64,000 nucleotides of DNA from contig QPMI01000078.1 of the NCBI GenBank assembly GCA_004431415.1, positions 62,001 to 126,000 on the forward strand, read 5' to 3'. The notes under the pieces were generated by a model, which ran no database searches, was not told the origin of the DNA, and saw only the letters and a list, made by a program, of their open reading frames with translations. Positions 22,748-34,886 of this stretch are shown in pieces. This DNA comes from Cyanophora paradoxa CCMP329 (taxonomy: Eukaryota > Plantae > Glaucophyta). Numbering within the stretch: the first letter of the stretch is position 1; each line of letters opens with the position of its first letter. A program made the translations under genes and the position numbers.

Positions 22748-25415
22748 CTACCTTTCGCAAGCGCCTAGAGCTACGTACACAGCTAGCCGCTCGTCCTGAT
22801 CGGGATCGAAATCAGGCCGACATTCATCTGCGGGGCCAGGCGCGTGAACGGGGGCGAACGGGGCGGGCGGGCGGGGCAAGGAAAGCGCACCGCATCGGGG
22901 TCCGAGCCGGGGCCGGGGCGCCCGGACCCGTGGGGCACGGAGCCGGGGCGGCCTGCCGGCCCGCCCTCGGCGGCGGCGGCAGCGGCGGCGGGGCCCGGTG
23001 GAAGCCCTCGGTGGTGGCCGGGCGCGCCGCCCTGCGAGGCGCGGCGTTAGCAAGCTTTCAAGAGAGGAAATTAGAAGAGGGGCGGACGTGGGCGGGGCCG
23101 CGGCGGCGGCGGCGGAGGCGGGGCCGGGCCCGCCGTCCTGCTCCTCGAGAAGGAGGGCGGGCATGGAGTGGGCGAGGAGCACGCCGACGGCGCGCCAGAA
23201 GCGGCCCGGGTCGCCCCCGAAGAGCGGGCCGAAGGCGCGCCGCGCCGCCTCCACGGGGCGGCCCTTGCGCTCCCGCAGCAGCGCCAGCACCTTCGCCGCA
23301 GCCGCCACGTCGCCCCCGTGCTGCAGCAGAAGGGTTAAGAGCGGGCTGGGAGGGCGGGCCGACGGCAGCGCGCACTGCGAGCGGGGGCACGCTCTGGAGG
23401 GCGGGCGGGACGGGCTCGAGGGCCGACGCCGGCCAGCGCTGCGCGAACTTGTACCGCCCGTTCTCCGACCACCTGCGCGCCGGACGCCATGGGCCGAAGG
23501 CCTTGACAGAGACGGAGGCGAACGGACCGCGGGGTGGCCGCGTGGAGCTGAACGGCGGCGGGGTCCAGGGCGAAGAGGGCGTCCCACGCCGTACCCCGCA
23601 GGTGCTCCCCGAACCCGAAGAGGTCGTTCGCGTGCTGCTCGCTGATGTCCACCAGCAGCCTGTACCCCGCCCCCGGCGCGGGGGCCAGCTGCCGGGCCGC
23701 CGCGGCGAGCGCGCGCAGCCGCTCGTCGCGGTCCTCGTCGAGCTCGGCCTGGTACTGGTAGAGGGGTACGCTCGCCCGCCCGCGGCGCAGGTTGCCGATG
23801 TCCTTCGGGGGCGGCCCGAGGGCCTTGCGGAGGTAGAGGCGGCGCAGGCCGCGGGCGCGCCCCAGGCGCTCGCACAGCGCCTCGAAGGCGTCCCGCGTCG
23901 TCGCAAGGAACAGCGGACTGCGAACGAAGAAGAAGAAGCGGGGTACGTCGTGTTAGAGGAGAACGGATGGAACGGAACGGAGCGGAGGGGGGCGCGCCAG
24001 CCGTCCATCTCGAGTGCGTCGGCGGGGAAGTAGGAGGCGAGGAACTCCGAGGAGTCCACTGGGGGAAGCCCCAGGTCCTCCCGCACCTGTACCCGGGCTC
24101 GCTTCCTCCTCCGGGGGAGGTGCGGGGGGGGGGTAGGGTAGAGAGAGGGGGGTACGCGCCGTGGATAGGAAGGCGTCGAGGAGGAGGCGCTGCGGAGAGG
24201 GCCCGCCGCCCGGCGCGCCCTCCCACGCCCGCGTCTGCACCTGCGCCCGGCCCCCCCGCGGTCGGTTCGGGTCTTTCAAGCAGTGGGCGGCCTGCTGCGG
24301 CGCCCTCGGCCGCTCGGCCCCTCGCACCTGGGCGGCGATCCAGGACTTGCGGAGGCGCGGGTTGTCCTCGGGCAGCAGCGTCAGCAGCAGCAGCGCCCGC
24401 GCCGCCAGCGGCGTCGTCGCGTAGCGCTGCTCGACGGAGAGCGGCACGTGGATCCCCGCCGGCCCTGCCGCCCGCCCCCGTCACGCGATGTCGGCCTCGA
24501 TTTCGGGGCCCATCCCCCGCCCTTCGTCGGCGCACCCTTGAGCTTGGCGTTGTGGGTCGCGGAGCGCCCCGCGTCGTGCTTCACGATGGAGACGGCGAGC
24601 AGGGAGCGCGCCCAGCCGAAGTAGCGCGCCTGAGGACGCGAACTCAGATCAGATCAGATCAGAAGAAGTGTGAGGGGCGGCCGTGCCTGGTGGGCGAGAT
24701 CGGCGTAGCGGCCGCCGCGGGCCGTCACGGGCAGGTCGAAGAGGAACTGCAGCGCCGCCGCCGTCACACCCGGCGCCTCCCCCGCCACCGCCTGCGCGCC
24801 CCGCCCGCTCGCCCCCGCCCCCAGCGCCCCGCAGGGCGGGCGGGCGGGGTACAGCTCGCCTGGAGCGCCTCGTCGCGAAGGCGGGCGACGCTCTCCTCGT
24901 CAAAGAAGAGTTCCTCAAGCTGCGGCCGGGCAGACGGCAAGGCTCAGGCAAGGGATCAGAGCTAGGGCGGAGCCGCCGGCGGGCGCGCCTTGGTCTCGTT
25001 GCCCAGGAAGCGGAGGCCCGGCTCGAAGTCGCCCCCCTCCGCGTCGAAGTTCTTGTACGTGACCAGCACGCGCACCTTGGCCACGCCGTCGCTCACGTGC
25101 GTCTCCACGAGGTAGAAGCGGCACCGGTCCTCCGCCCGCACCGGCACGTCGATCTCGCCCACCTCCGGCCGCCGCGCCGTCGCCTGAAGCAGATCCAGGT
25201 ACTCTTCGACGAGCCTGCGGCGCCCGCCCGCCCCTCGGCGCGGGCGAGGCGCGGCGCGCAACGATCTGACGCGCCTTCGCAGGTCGTAGGTGAGCATGAC
25301 GCATCCATACGGACTCCCCGTGCTCTCGATCCGCTCGCTCAGCGCCGGCACCACCTCTGCGCAGGGTGAGCGCTGGCGGTATGCTTATCAAATGCAGGGC
25401 GTACCAGTGAACCAT
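22748..25415 (-). CDS. Hypothetical multi-exon protein, no family recognised
   Basis: Protein-like exons with GT/GC-AG boundaries: MVHWY.., VVPALSERIESTGSPYGCVMLTYDL, RCRFYLVETHVSDGVAKVRVLVTYKNFD, RYFGWARSLLAVSIVKHD, SSEFLASYFPADALEMDG, DISEQHANDLFGFGEHL. Ends approximate. Confidence 0.6.
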
Positions 25416-25976
25416 AGCACGCGCAGAAGCTGCAGCGAGCTCGGCTGGCCCTTGCGCCGCGCGCTCCTCAGGTCGCTTTCGGGGCGAAACTTGGAGCTGC
25501 CGCGAAACTCGGCTCGGACGCGAGCGAGCTGGCAGTAGCTAGCTGCGGCATAGCACGCACGTCACATGCTCCGGGTGGAGGCGGCCGAGCTTGAGGAGGT
25601 CGAGGAACTGCGAAAGAGATCAGCGGCGCCGGCGAAAGCGATTCTTCGACGCCGGCGCACGTATGCAAAGCTCTTGAAGTGGGCGAGGGCTCCGCAGGCC
25701 ATCGCGCTCCGGCCAGCTTCGGTGTGCTCTAGATTGGGCTCAGACCTCGGGTGGATTCGAACCCTCGTCGCACACGCCGACTTGATCCAGCTCGGTCGCT
25801 TCCGGCCTTCACGAGGGGCTCCCGGCTCCAGGAACTCCCAGACCCTCGAGCTGCACCGTTCTACAGCTACTTTAGCGACTGGCATTCGAATCCAGTCGGA
25901 CCAGCCAGTCACAGGCATCGCGCGTCGCAGCTAGAGGGCCGTACGCGCCTCCAAGGCGCAGCCAAGCGCAGGCAGC

Positions 25977-27314
25977 ATGGCGGACGCGGACGAGACCCGC
26001 GCGCTGCACAGCCTGCGCCTCGACGAGCTCCGGCGGCGGGTGCAGCAGGTGGAGAAGGAGCTGCGGGAGTTCTCCAGCTCCGAACTCAAAGAGGTAGATG
26101 TTCTGGAGCAGAAGCTGTGCGCTCACGCCCCCCTGTCCCGCCCGCACGCCCGTAGCTAACCCTGTCCAACTCGCCGCAGAGCCAACGCCCTCATCAAGGG
26201 CAACAAGAGCTCCTCGCGCCCTGGCTCCGCCAGCAGATCGCTAGGACCGCGCTCCTTGTCCGGGTCCAGCGGCGAGGACGCGAGCGCCCCGCGGGCGCGC
26301 AGCCTCTCGTCGGACAGCGGGAAGCCAGCCGCAGCGCTGCCGGCGGCATCGCGAGGACGCGCTGGGGTTCCGTCCGGGGCGCCGATCGGCAGCAGGCCGC
26401 CGCTCCCTCCGACCTCGCGCGGGCGGCCTCCCCTCCCGTCCGGCCCCGCATCGAATTCCAGCGGCGCTGCGAGAGGGGCCCCGCAGCCGCCGGCGAAGCC
26501 GCCGAACGGGGCGCGGCCTCCGCCGCGGGCGAACCACGCGCCCCCGCAGCCGCAGAAGCCGGCGCAGCCTCGGGCGAAGCGGACCTGTGCGCCCGGCGGC
26601 GTCCCACCCCCCCTCCCCCCACCCCTCGCCCCGCTGACGGGCCCGGGGGCGGCAGGGCGGGCGCCGCCGAGCGCGCGGGTCGGGGAGCTGGAGGGCCCGG
26701 CGGGGGAAGAGCAGAAGGACCTTACAATGCTGCGGGAGCTGAACCAGCGCCTCGCGAACCGCATCTTCGAGCTCGAGTCGCTCCTCTCCTCCACCGAGTG
26801 GCCCGCACGCCGTCTAAGCTTTGTCTAAGCTTTGCTCTGACGGGGCGGGGCCTGCAGGAGCGAGCGGGAGGAGGGGACGCGGCGGGGCCTGGAGCGGGAG
26901 CGCTCGGAGCTGGCGGGGACGCAGGAGCGGGTGCTGGCGTCGATGCGGGGCTTCAGCATGGCCGCCTGGGAGCTCTCCGACGCCCTCGCCGAGCACGCCG
27001 AGCTCCTCTCCGAGGCCGAGGACAAGCGTGCGCCCTCCCCGCCCCGGCCCGCCCCGCCCCGGCCCGGCCCCGGCTAGCTATCCCGGACCGGGCCGCCCCC
27101 CTAGGCTAAGCTGAGCTAAGCTAAGCTCTGCTCCCCCGCCCTTAGCTTCGCCCTCCTGAGTGCCCTCGGCCCGCCCCGGCCCCGCCCGGCGCAGTGTCGT
27201 GCGACGTGGGGGACGAGACGTTCGGGGCGGCGGAGGAGGCGGCCCTCGGCGCCCTCGACGCCTCCCGCCGCCGCGTCCTCGCCCGCCTCCAGGCCGCCGC
27301 CCTCGCCCCCCGCT
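25977..27314 (+). CDS. Hypothetical coiled-coil/Pro-rich protein
   Basis: MADADETRALHSLRLDELRRRVQQVEKELREFSSSELKEVDVLEQKL; Pro-rich middle; KDLTMLRELNQRLANRIFELESLL coiled coil; intervening introns. Confidence 0.6.
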
Positions 27315-27390
27315 AGCCGCCCCGCCCCGGCCCCGCCCCGGCGTCACCTCGCTTTGCTGAAGTTTAGATCGGATTGGGGGCGGTTGGCGG

Positions 27391-29114
27391 CTAGCTGCTG
27401 TTTGGGGCGGGGTCCGTGCGCAGGTACACCTCCTTGCTCGTCAGCAGCGAGTAGCTGTTGTCCAGCCTGCGCGCCGGCCCCAAACGTCAGCCGCGGCGAG
27501 CTAGGCGGGGACGGGCGCGGGGCGCGGGGCGCTCGCCTGAAGACGAGGGTGCCGGCGCGGGGCGCGGTCACGGATCCCTCGGTCCTGTCGTGGCGGGCCG
27601 GGGCCAGCAGCTCCTCCCCCGAACCGCCCTCCGCCCCCGGCGCCATGCTCGCCGACACCGAGATGTCCTGCCCAGGCCCGTCGGGGGGAAGGAAAAGGGA
27701 AGAGACAGGGAGGGGGTACAGGCGCACGCCGGACTCGACGGTGAGCTGGTACCGGACCGCCTGCCCCGCTTTCACGGGTACCTGCACCTCCCCCGCGTTC
27801 CTGCCCGGGGTACCCCTCAGGCCGGTCGGGAAGGAAGTAAGGCGGCCGGTGTGCGCGCCTGGCGTCGACGTGGATCTTGCGGAAGGGTCCGGGGAGGGCG
27901 GCGGGGCTGGGGGCCCCCGCGGCGGTGGCGAGCTCGGGGCCGAAGCCGCCGTAGGGCGGCGGCAGGCGCTCCACCCCGATGAACTGGAAGAGCTTCGCCC
28001 GCAGCGCCGACGCCGAGCACAGCACGAACTGCGGCGCGCGGGGGGCTCTATATAAGGCGAGCGGGGCAAGGAGGAGGAGGGGCGAAGAACCTTGGCGCGG
28101 GTGCGGTCAGACGAGAGGGCAGACATGAGCGCGTAAATATAATCCATGAACCAGGGGATGTTGATGAAGAACTGCGCACGAAGTTGAAAACGAGGGCGGG
28201 ACCGTGGGCAAAGGGGGGGGAAGAGGGGGGGGGGGGCGCGAGGCAGCGGGGGGTAGTCGGGCGCGCCTTCCTGTACATGAGCTCGGGGTAGTAGTTGAGG
28301 AAGAGGGCGACGACCTTCTTGCTGGCCGCCTGCACGTTCTTGTCGTACTTCAGCAGCGACACACCGGCGTCTGCGCCGCGGGCCGGGAGAAGACATTAGG
28401 ACGAAGCGGAGGCAGGTCCAGGAGCTGAGATCGAATTCAAAAGGGCGGACAGTCGTGGATCTGGACCATGGCGTCGGGCCCCTTGGAGAAGTCGAGGCGG
28501 GCGATGCCGCGCTCCATGAGCTGCACGCGCCAGCGCACGAAGCGGTCCACGCCGCCCTCCTCCTCGAAGACGGCGCGCGTGTCGATGCCCCCGTACAGGT
28601 TCACGCACACGGGGCGGCCCTCCAGGTCGTCCCCGTAGAGGCACCCCAGGCCGTCGTACGCCGCCGGGAACGACTCCTTCATGAGGCCCTCGATGTCGAA
28701 CTCCTTGCGCCACTTCAGGCAGTCCACCAGCATCTGCGCGGGGGCGCTGAGCGGCCCTACTGCCGGCTTCGCTCGTCCCAGTCACCTTCAGCGCGTCATC
28801 CACCTGCGCGCCTCCGCTCAGCTACGCACTCGGCCGGCTCAGCGCGTCATTCACCTTGTTCTCCCGCGCCTTGAGGAATTTGCCAAGGACGCAGTCGCTC
28901 GCAGGCGAGACGGTTTCCAGGTCGACGCCCCACAGGATCGTCTGCGCCGCGCACGTATCACTCGGCGCTCGGTCAGAAACACAGACCTGCGGCGAGTCGG
29001 CGCCGCTCCGCTCGCCTTCTCGGTCGGCGTCGCTTTCACGTCGGCGATGAGCGCGGCGTTGAGCTTGGAGCGGAGCTCTTCTAGCGCCGCGGGCTTGTCC
29101 TTGCTCTCCGCCAT
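27391..29114 (-). CDS. Patellin-like Sec14/CRAL-TRIO + GOLD domain lipid-binding protein
   Basis: ILWGVDL, DCVLGKFLKARE, MLVDCLKWRKEF, GRPVCVNLYG, RFVRWRVQLMERGI, MVQIHD, NYYPELMYRKFFINIPW, LPPPYGG. GOLD tail GSVTAPRAGTLVF|LDNSYSLLTSKEV. Confidence 0.92.
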
Positions 29115-29194
29115 GCTGTAGCTAGGGCTGGGGCGCCGCGAGGCCAAGTTGCGCTCTCGAGGGGTAGAGCAAATCTTCGCAGAGAGACCAAAGA

Positions 29195-32100
29195 ATGCCT
29201 CCGAAGCCACCGCCCGCACAGGTGCGCGGGGCGATCCGCTGGTGCAAGTTGATACTAGCACTTGCATTTCCGGGGCTAGCAGCGCTTGGGAAGCGCTCGA
29301 GGAGGAACGAAGGAGTTTCGCGCTTTCGGGGCTTAGCCAGGCAGCGGCGCGGGTGCGTAGGAGCTAAAGATGTCGTTGCGTGGCGCAGAAGGGCGGCGGC
29401 AAGCCGGACACCAAGGCGGCAGGGAAGAAGTCGCCGGTGCCCGCAGACAGCGGTGACGCGCTGGTGCTGCCGCCCGTGTGGTCGGAAGAGGCGGTCACGG
29501 CAGAGCCCTTCAGCCCCGATGCGGGCTACGAGGACCCCGACGGCCTCCCGCAGCTACCGCCCGAGCTCCGCCCACGCGTGGCCGAGTGGAAGCGCCCTTC
29601 GGAGTACCTCCCGAACATGGACCCCGTGATGGTCTACTTCCACAAGCCGCCGCCCCCGCCGCCCACGCCGGTCCCGGCCGAGGGCGAGGAGCCCAGCCCG
29701 GCGCCCCCGGAGCCCGCGGCGCCGCCCCCGCCGCCGCCGATCCCCGTGCCGCCGCTGGTCGGCGCGGGGAGCCGCCCGCCTTCGTTCCGCAGCGGCGGGC
29801 GCATGCCGTCCTTCCGGGCGGCGGCGCACCCGGCGAGCACGCCGCGGGGCACGCCGATCCTGCCTGCCGTGGTCGAGGCGGCGCCGCCGGCGCCCCCGCC
29901 GCCCCCGCCGGAGCCGGAGGTGCCGCTGACGCCGCTGGAGGAGGCAGCGAAGGGCATCAACGGGCTGCTGCTCCCCGAGATGGGCGCCGCGATGCCCTGG
30001 CTCGCCTCCCAGATCGGGGCCCTCGTCGCCCGCGAGGGGCCCCTCGCCGCCCTCGCGCCCATCTACCCCAAGGGAGAGGACGGCCTCCCCCGCTACAACC
30101 CGGGCGGCAAGTACATCGTCAAGGCGAGCCTCTCCTACCCCCCCCGCCCCGCCCTCCCCCCCTCCCTTCCGCCCCCTCCTCACGAGGCCGCCCCCCTCAG
30201 CTGCACTACTTCGGGGAGTGGCGTGCGGTGGCGGTGGACGACAAGATGCCGGTGGGGCCCGACGGGAGCCCCGTGCTGCCCCAGTCCGTCGTCCGCCACG
30301 AGCTCTGGCCCCTCGTCCTCTCCAAGGCCCTCCTCAAGCTCGCCCGCGGGCCCGCCCTCCGCTTTGTGCTCCCCTCCGCTGCGCTTTGTTTGACAGCCCG
30401 CACGCAGGGCGCCGGAGGGGACGATGCGGGGCCCCGCCGCGTACGGGGCGCTCACGGGGCGGCCGCCCGAGGCGCTGGAGGCGGCGCGCTTCGACCTGCT
30501 GCCCTCCCTCACGGCCGCGCTTCAGGAGCGCGGGGCGCACGTCCTGGCGACGCCGGCCCCGCAGCTCGCCCCGGGGCTCTCCCCCGAGCTGGCCCGGCTC
30601 GAGGCCCGCCCGGGGTACGCCGTCCTCGTCGCCGGCGTCCGCAGCGAGCTCGGCGCCTCCCACGTGCTCCTCGCCTCCCGCGCCCAGACGTGCGCCCCGC
30701 CCGCCCGCCCGCCCGCCCGCCCGCCCCTCTCGAGGCTTCGTGGCTGAGAAGCGCGCTGGGCCGCGCTGGCGCAGCTCGGAGTCGATCCTGATCCCGTGGG
30801 CGGTGCGGCCGGACCCGCCCGAGGGGGCCGACCCCAAGGACAAGAAGGGCAAGAAGGGCGACAAGAAGGACAAGGCGCGCGCGCCTGATGGAAAGCTAAC
30901 TAACTAAAGCTAGCTAACTGACTCCGGGCCGGGACAGGACAAGGGGGCCGGGGAGAAGGAGAAGGAGAAGGAGAAGGGCCCGTCGAAGAGCAAGCGGATG
31001 TCGCTGGCCCCCGTCCCCGACGACGCAATCCCCGAGGGGGGCGAGCTACAGCCCCCGGGCACCCCCGTGCGCCCCTGCTTTGCTTTGCTACTTTTATGAA
31101 GACTCCGCCCCTCACTCACGCCCTTTCTGTCGGGCAGGAGCCGGGCCCGCCGCCGCCGCCGCCGGTGATCGTGATGCCGGAGCAGGAGCGGGAGGAGTGG
31201 GTGCCCCTCGAGGCCTTCGCCGCCGCCTTCCCCGAGGTCACCCTCTACTACGACCCGGAGGCCTTCGCCCCGCTCGAGGAGCCCACGCCGGCCGCCACCG
31301 CCACCGCCACCCCCGCCGCCACCGCCCCCGCCACCCCCACCGCCGACCGCGTGCGCCACCGCTCCGCTCCGCCCTGCTCTGCTTTGCTCTGCTCTGCTTT
31401 GCTTGCCTCGCCGACCGGCCCTTCTTCGGCAGCCGCCGCAGCCGCCCGACGACGCCGCCTCCGTCGCCGCCGCCTCCGAGGCCGCCCCCGCCGCCCCCGC
31501 CCCCGCCGCCACCATCCACGTCCGCTCTAGCCCCCTTCCCCCGCCCCCGCCCCCTCCCCCGCCTCACTCGACGGGCGGCGGCAGCGGGGGAGCGTGGTGC
31601 GGGCGGGCCCGGTGGAGGCGGACGCGCAGCACCCGAGCAACCGCTTCCTCCTCGACGTCGACGCTGGCGACGTCTCCGCCGTCCGTGTACCCCTCCCGCC
31701 CTTCCCGCCCCTTCTTCGGGTCTCTTAGCGCCGCGTCCGTCCGTCCTTTGGGGGCGCAGGAGGTGCTGCTGGTGCTGCACGCCGAGCTACGCGAGGACGA
31801 GCGCGCCGCCGCGGCCGCTGCGGCGGCGGCGGCCGGCATCGCCGCGCCCGCGCCCCCTCCCGCCCCGGCGTAAGCACTGCTCCCCGCCCCGCCCTTCCGA
31901 GCGCCTTCCGAGCGCGCCCGCGCCTCGCCCCTTCAGATGTCTCGGCGGGAGTCCAGCGCGAGTCTGCGGTCGCCCTCGCCGCCGCCCTCGACGGCCCCCG
32001 GCGAGGGCACCGGCGCCGGGGCCGCCCCCTTCGCCCTCGTCCCCGCCGCCCTCGCCGCCGCGGGGCTCCCCGGCCCCGCCCCCACCTCCCTCACCGTCGA

Positions 32101-34589
32101 GGCCTACGACTGGCTCGGCACCCAGGCGCGCCCTATCCCCCGCCCACTGCTCTGCGCCCCGCAGCCGGAGCCGCGCTGAAGCCCCCGGCCCGCAGCCGGA
32201 GCCACCCGTGGCGCTGCTGGAGACGACGCGGGTGCAGGCGACGGTCTTCGCGCTGCCGCCGGGGCGCCACCAGCTGGGCATCCGCGTCGCCTCGCCCCGC
32301 CCCTACGCCGTCTCCGTCCTCTGCCAGCGCCCGCTGCGCTTCGGGCCGGAGGAGGAGCTCGTGGCGAGCGCCCTGGGGCTCTCGGTCCGGGAGGAGGCCG
32401 GCGAGTACCCCGCCATGGCCGAGGGCCAGTGGACCCTCTGGTTCCGGTGCGGGCGTACCCCCCGCGGCTCCGTTCGCCCCTTCTCCTGTTCCTTGGCCGA
32501 GGCCGGACGCCCAGGGAGGTGGTGAAGGTGGCGGGCCCGACGTTCGTCGTCGCCCACCTCCAGACCGACGCCGCCATCGCCAGGTCACCCGCTCCCCCGC
32601 GTTGGCTTCTTCGCCTCCGCCTTGTCCCGCGCCTCACGCCCGCCCGCAGCTACATCCGCTTCTCCGTCACGGACAACGACACGGGCCGCGAGACGCGGTG
32701 CGCTGTTTGATTGAAGCTGTGCGTCTCTGGCGCGGCCGCCTGAGGGCCCCCGCACGCAGCTTCGTGCAGCTGCGCACGCGGCCGACCCTCTTCCAGCCCA
32801 ACAACGTGCGTGCCCTCCCTTCACCCGCGCCCCGCGCCCCGCGCCCGCCCCTCCTCGAGGCCTGACCCGGCCCCCGGCGCCGCAGGCCGGGTACACCCTC
32901 GCGGCGGAGTGCATCTGCCCGAAGGCGGCGGGCCCCGGCGCCTGGCGCCTCCTCCTCGTCAGCAGCGCCCCGCTGGCCTCGGCGGAGCCCGTCGGCGCGG
33001 CCGCCCCGCAGGAGATCGAGGGGACGTACTCCCCCGGGGCGACCCCCGCCCCCGTCGCCCTCCCGCCCGCCGGCGGCGCCGGCGGCAAGGGCGGCGCCGC
33101 GGCGGCCGCGGCGGCGGCGGCCGCGGCGGCGGCGTGGAACGGGGCGGGCCCCGGGGCGTCCTCTTCCGGTGCGGGCCTCTGGGGCGTGGCTGGCGCCCCG
33201 TTGCTGACGGCCGGGCACGCGGACGCAGGGCGTGGGTGGACGCGGGGGCCGCCCCGCAGCCGGCGGCCTTCGCGACGGTCCTCCTCACCACCACGTGCGC
33301 CTGCCCGGCCCGACCCCGCGCCCCCAGCTCAGCGCCGAGCCGAGCCGCGGGGGGCACCCGGCAGGCCGCCGCGGCGGGTGACGCTCACGCTGGAGGACAA
33401 CCACGCGAAGATCAAGGTGCTTCCTGGCCGGCCGTCCCCGGCCGGCCCCCGGCCGGCTCGGATCTGATCTTCTGATCTGACCCGCCCTGCGCAGGAGTCG
33501 GAGGAGGGGTCGGGGACGGCGGTGATGGCGGCGGCGGTGTTGGACCCGAGCCGGGCGCCCTCGCCGGCCCCGCCCCGCGACTGGCTCGACTCCGTCTACG
33601 GCAACTACGCGCACGACCCCGCCCGCCACCGCTTCGTCCTCGTCGCCACCATCGCCGACGGGGCGGACGCCGCCGCGCCGCCCACCGCCTGGCGCCTCCG
33701 CATCGTTCCCGACCGCCCCGTGCGCCCCGCCCCGCCCCGCCCCGCCCCGCCCCGCGCTAAACCTTCGGCGTCCGACGCTGCGCGGGGCGGGCAGCTGGTG
33801 GTGAAGCCGGACCTGGAGAAGGAGGAGCGGCACGCGGCGGCGAAGGCGGCCTGGGAGGCGGCCGGCGGCAAGGAGCGCGCCGCCCGCGCCCGCGCCGCCC
33901 GCGACGCTTTCCTCGCCCCGCCCCGGCCCCTCCCCCTCGGGCCCGGCCCGGGCCCTTCCCCGCAGCCGCCCACCAGCCGCCCCGGCTCGCAGCCCGCTGC
34001 AGCCGCAGCGGCGGCGGCGGCCGCCGCCGCCGCCGCCCCGCCGGCGGACGCGCCGCCGGACTACCGGGCGGAGGCGGCGGCGGCGCCGGCCACGCCGGCG
34101 ACGGTCGGGGAGCCGCCGGGGGCCCTCCTGACGGAGGAGCGGCGGGCGGCGGAGGCGGCGGCGCGCGCGGAGGCGGCGGCGCGGGCGGAGGCGGCGCGGC
34201 AGGCGCTGGCGGCGCGGCGGGAGCAGGAGCGGGCGGCGCGGGCGGCGGCGAAGGAGGCGGAGCGGGAGGCGCTGGCGGCGCGAGAGCAGGAGGGCCGCGG
34301 CGCCGTCTCCGCCCTCCACGCCGCCCGCGCCGAGTACCTCGCCGCCCTCGCCGCAAAGGTGAGGCGTCGCCGGCCGCCGCCCCCTTCGCCGCCCGCTGAG
34401 CGCCGCGCCGGGATCGCAGGCGGCTGCGGAGCGGAGGAGCGCGAGCGCAGGGCGCGGGAGGAGCAGGCCGCGCGCGAGGCCGCCGCCGCCGCCGCAGCCG
34501 CTGCGGCGGCGGAGGCGCAGCAGACGGGCGGGGAGGGCGCGCCGCCGTCGGCCCCCGCCTCCCTCTCCGCCATCGCTGCGCGGGGCTAG
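29195..34589 (+). CDS. ADGB: Androglobin-like calpain-domain ciliary protein lacking the globin/IQ insert; multi-exon
   Basis: PVWSEE..YEDPDG..LPP..AEWKRP; PRYNPGGKYIVKLHYFGEWRAVAVDDKMP..ELWPLVLSKALLKL; LPPGRHQL; FSVTDNDTG; AGYTLAAE; VKPDLEKEERHAAAKAAWE. These follow the order of the androglobin conserved blocks as I recall them. Confidence 0.82.
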
Positions 34590-34886
34590 CCGGCGCCTCA
34601 GAGCCTGTAGTCGAGAGGCTGAATGAAAGCGAAAACTGAGAGGTCCCTGGCCTGCACCCCTTTCCCCCACTTGGTACACCGCGCCCGAGAGGCATGGTTT
34701 GTTTCCGAGGCGTCCGAGGGAACTGTATGATTGGACATACATCTCTCAGTCCACATAACTAAGCGAAAGCGAAATAAGTTATTCATAAAACGAAAGCGAT
34801 TAGTTTATTACACCAACGCGGAGTCTCGATTCGAGCGAAACGCGAAACCAATTAAAAACTACCTAAACTACCCGGAGTCTTGCTCC

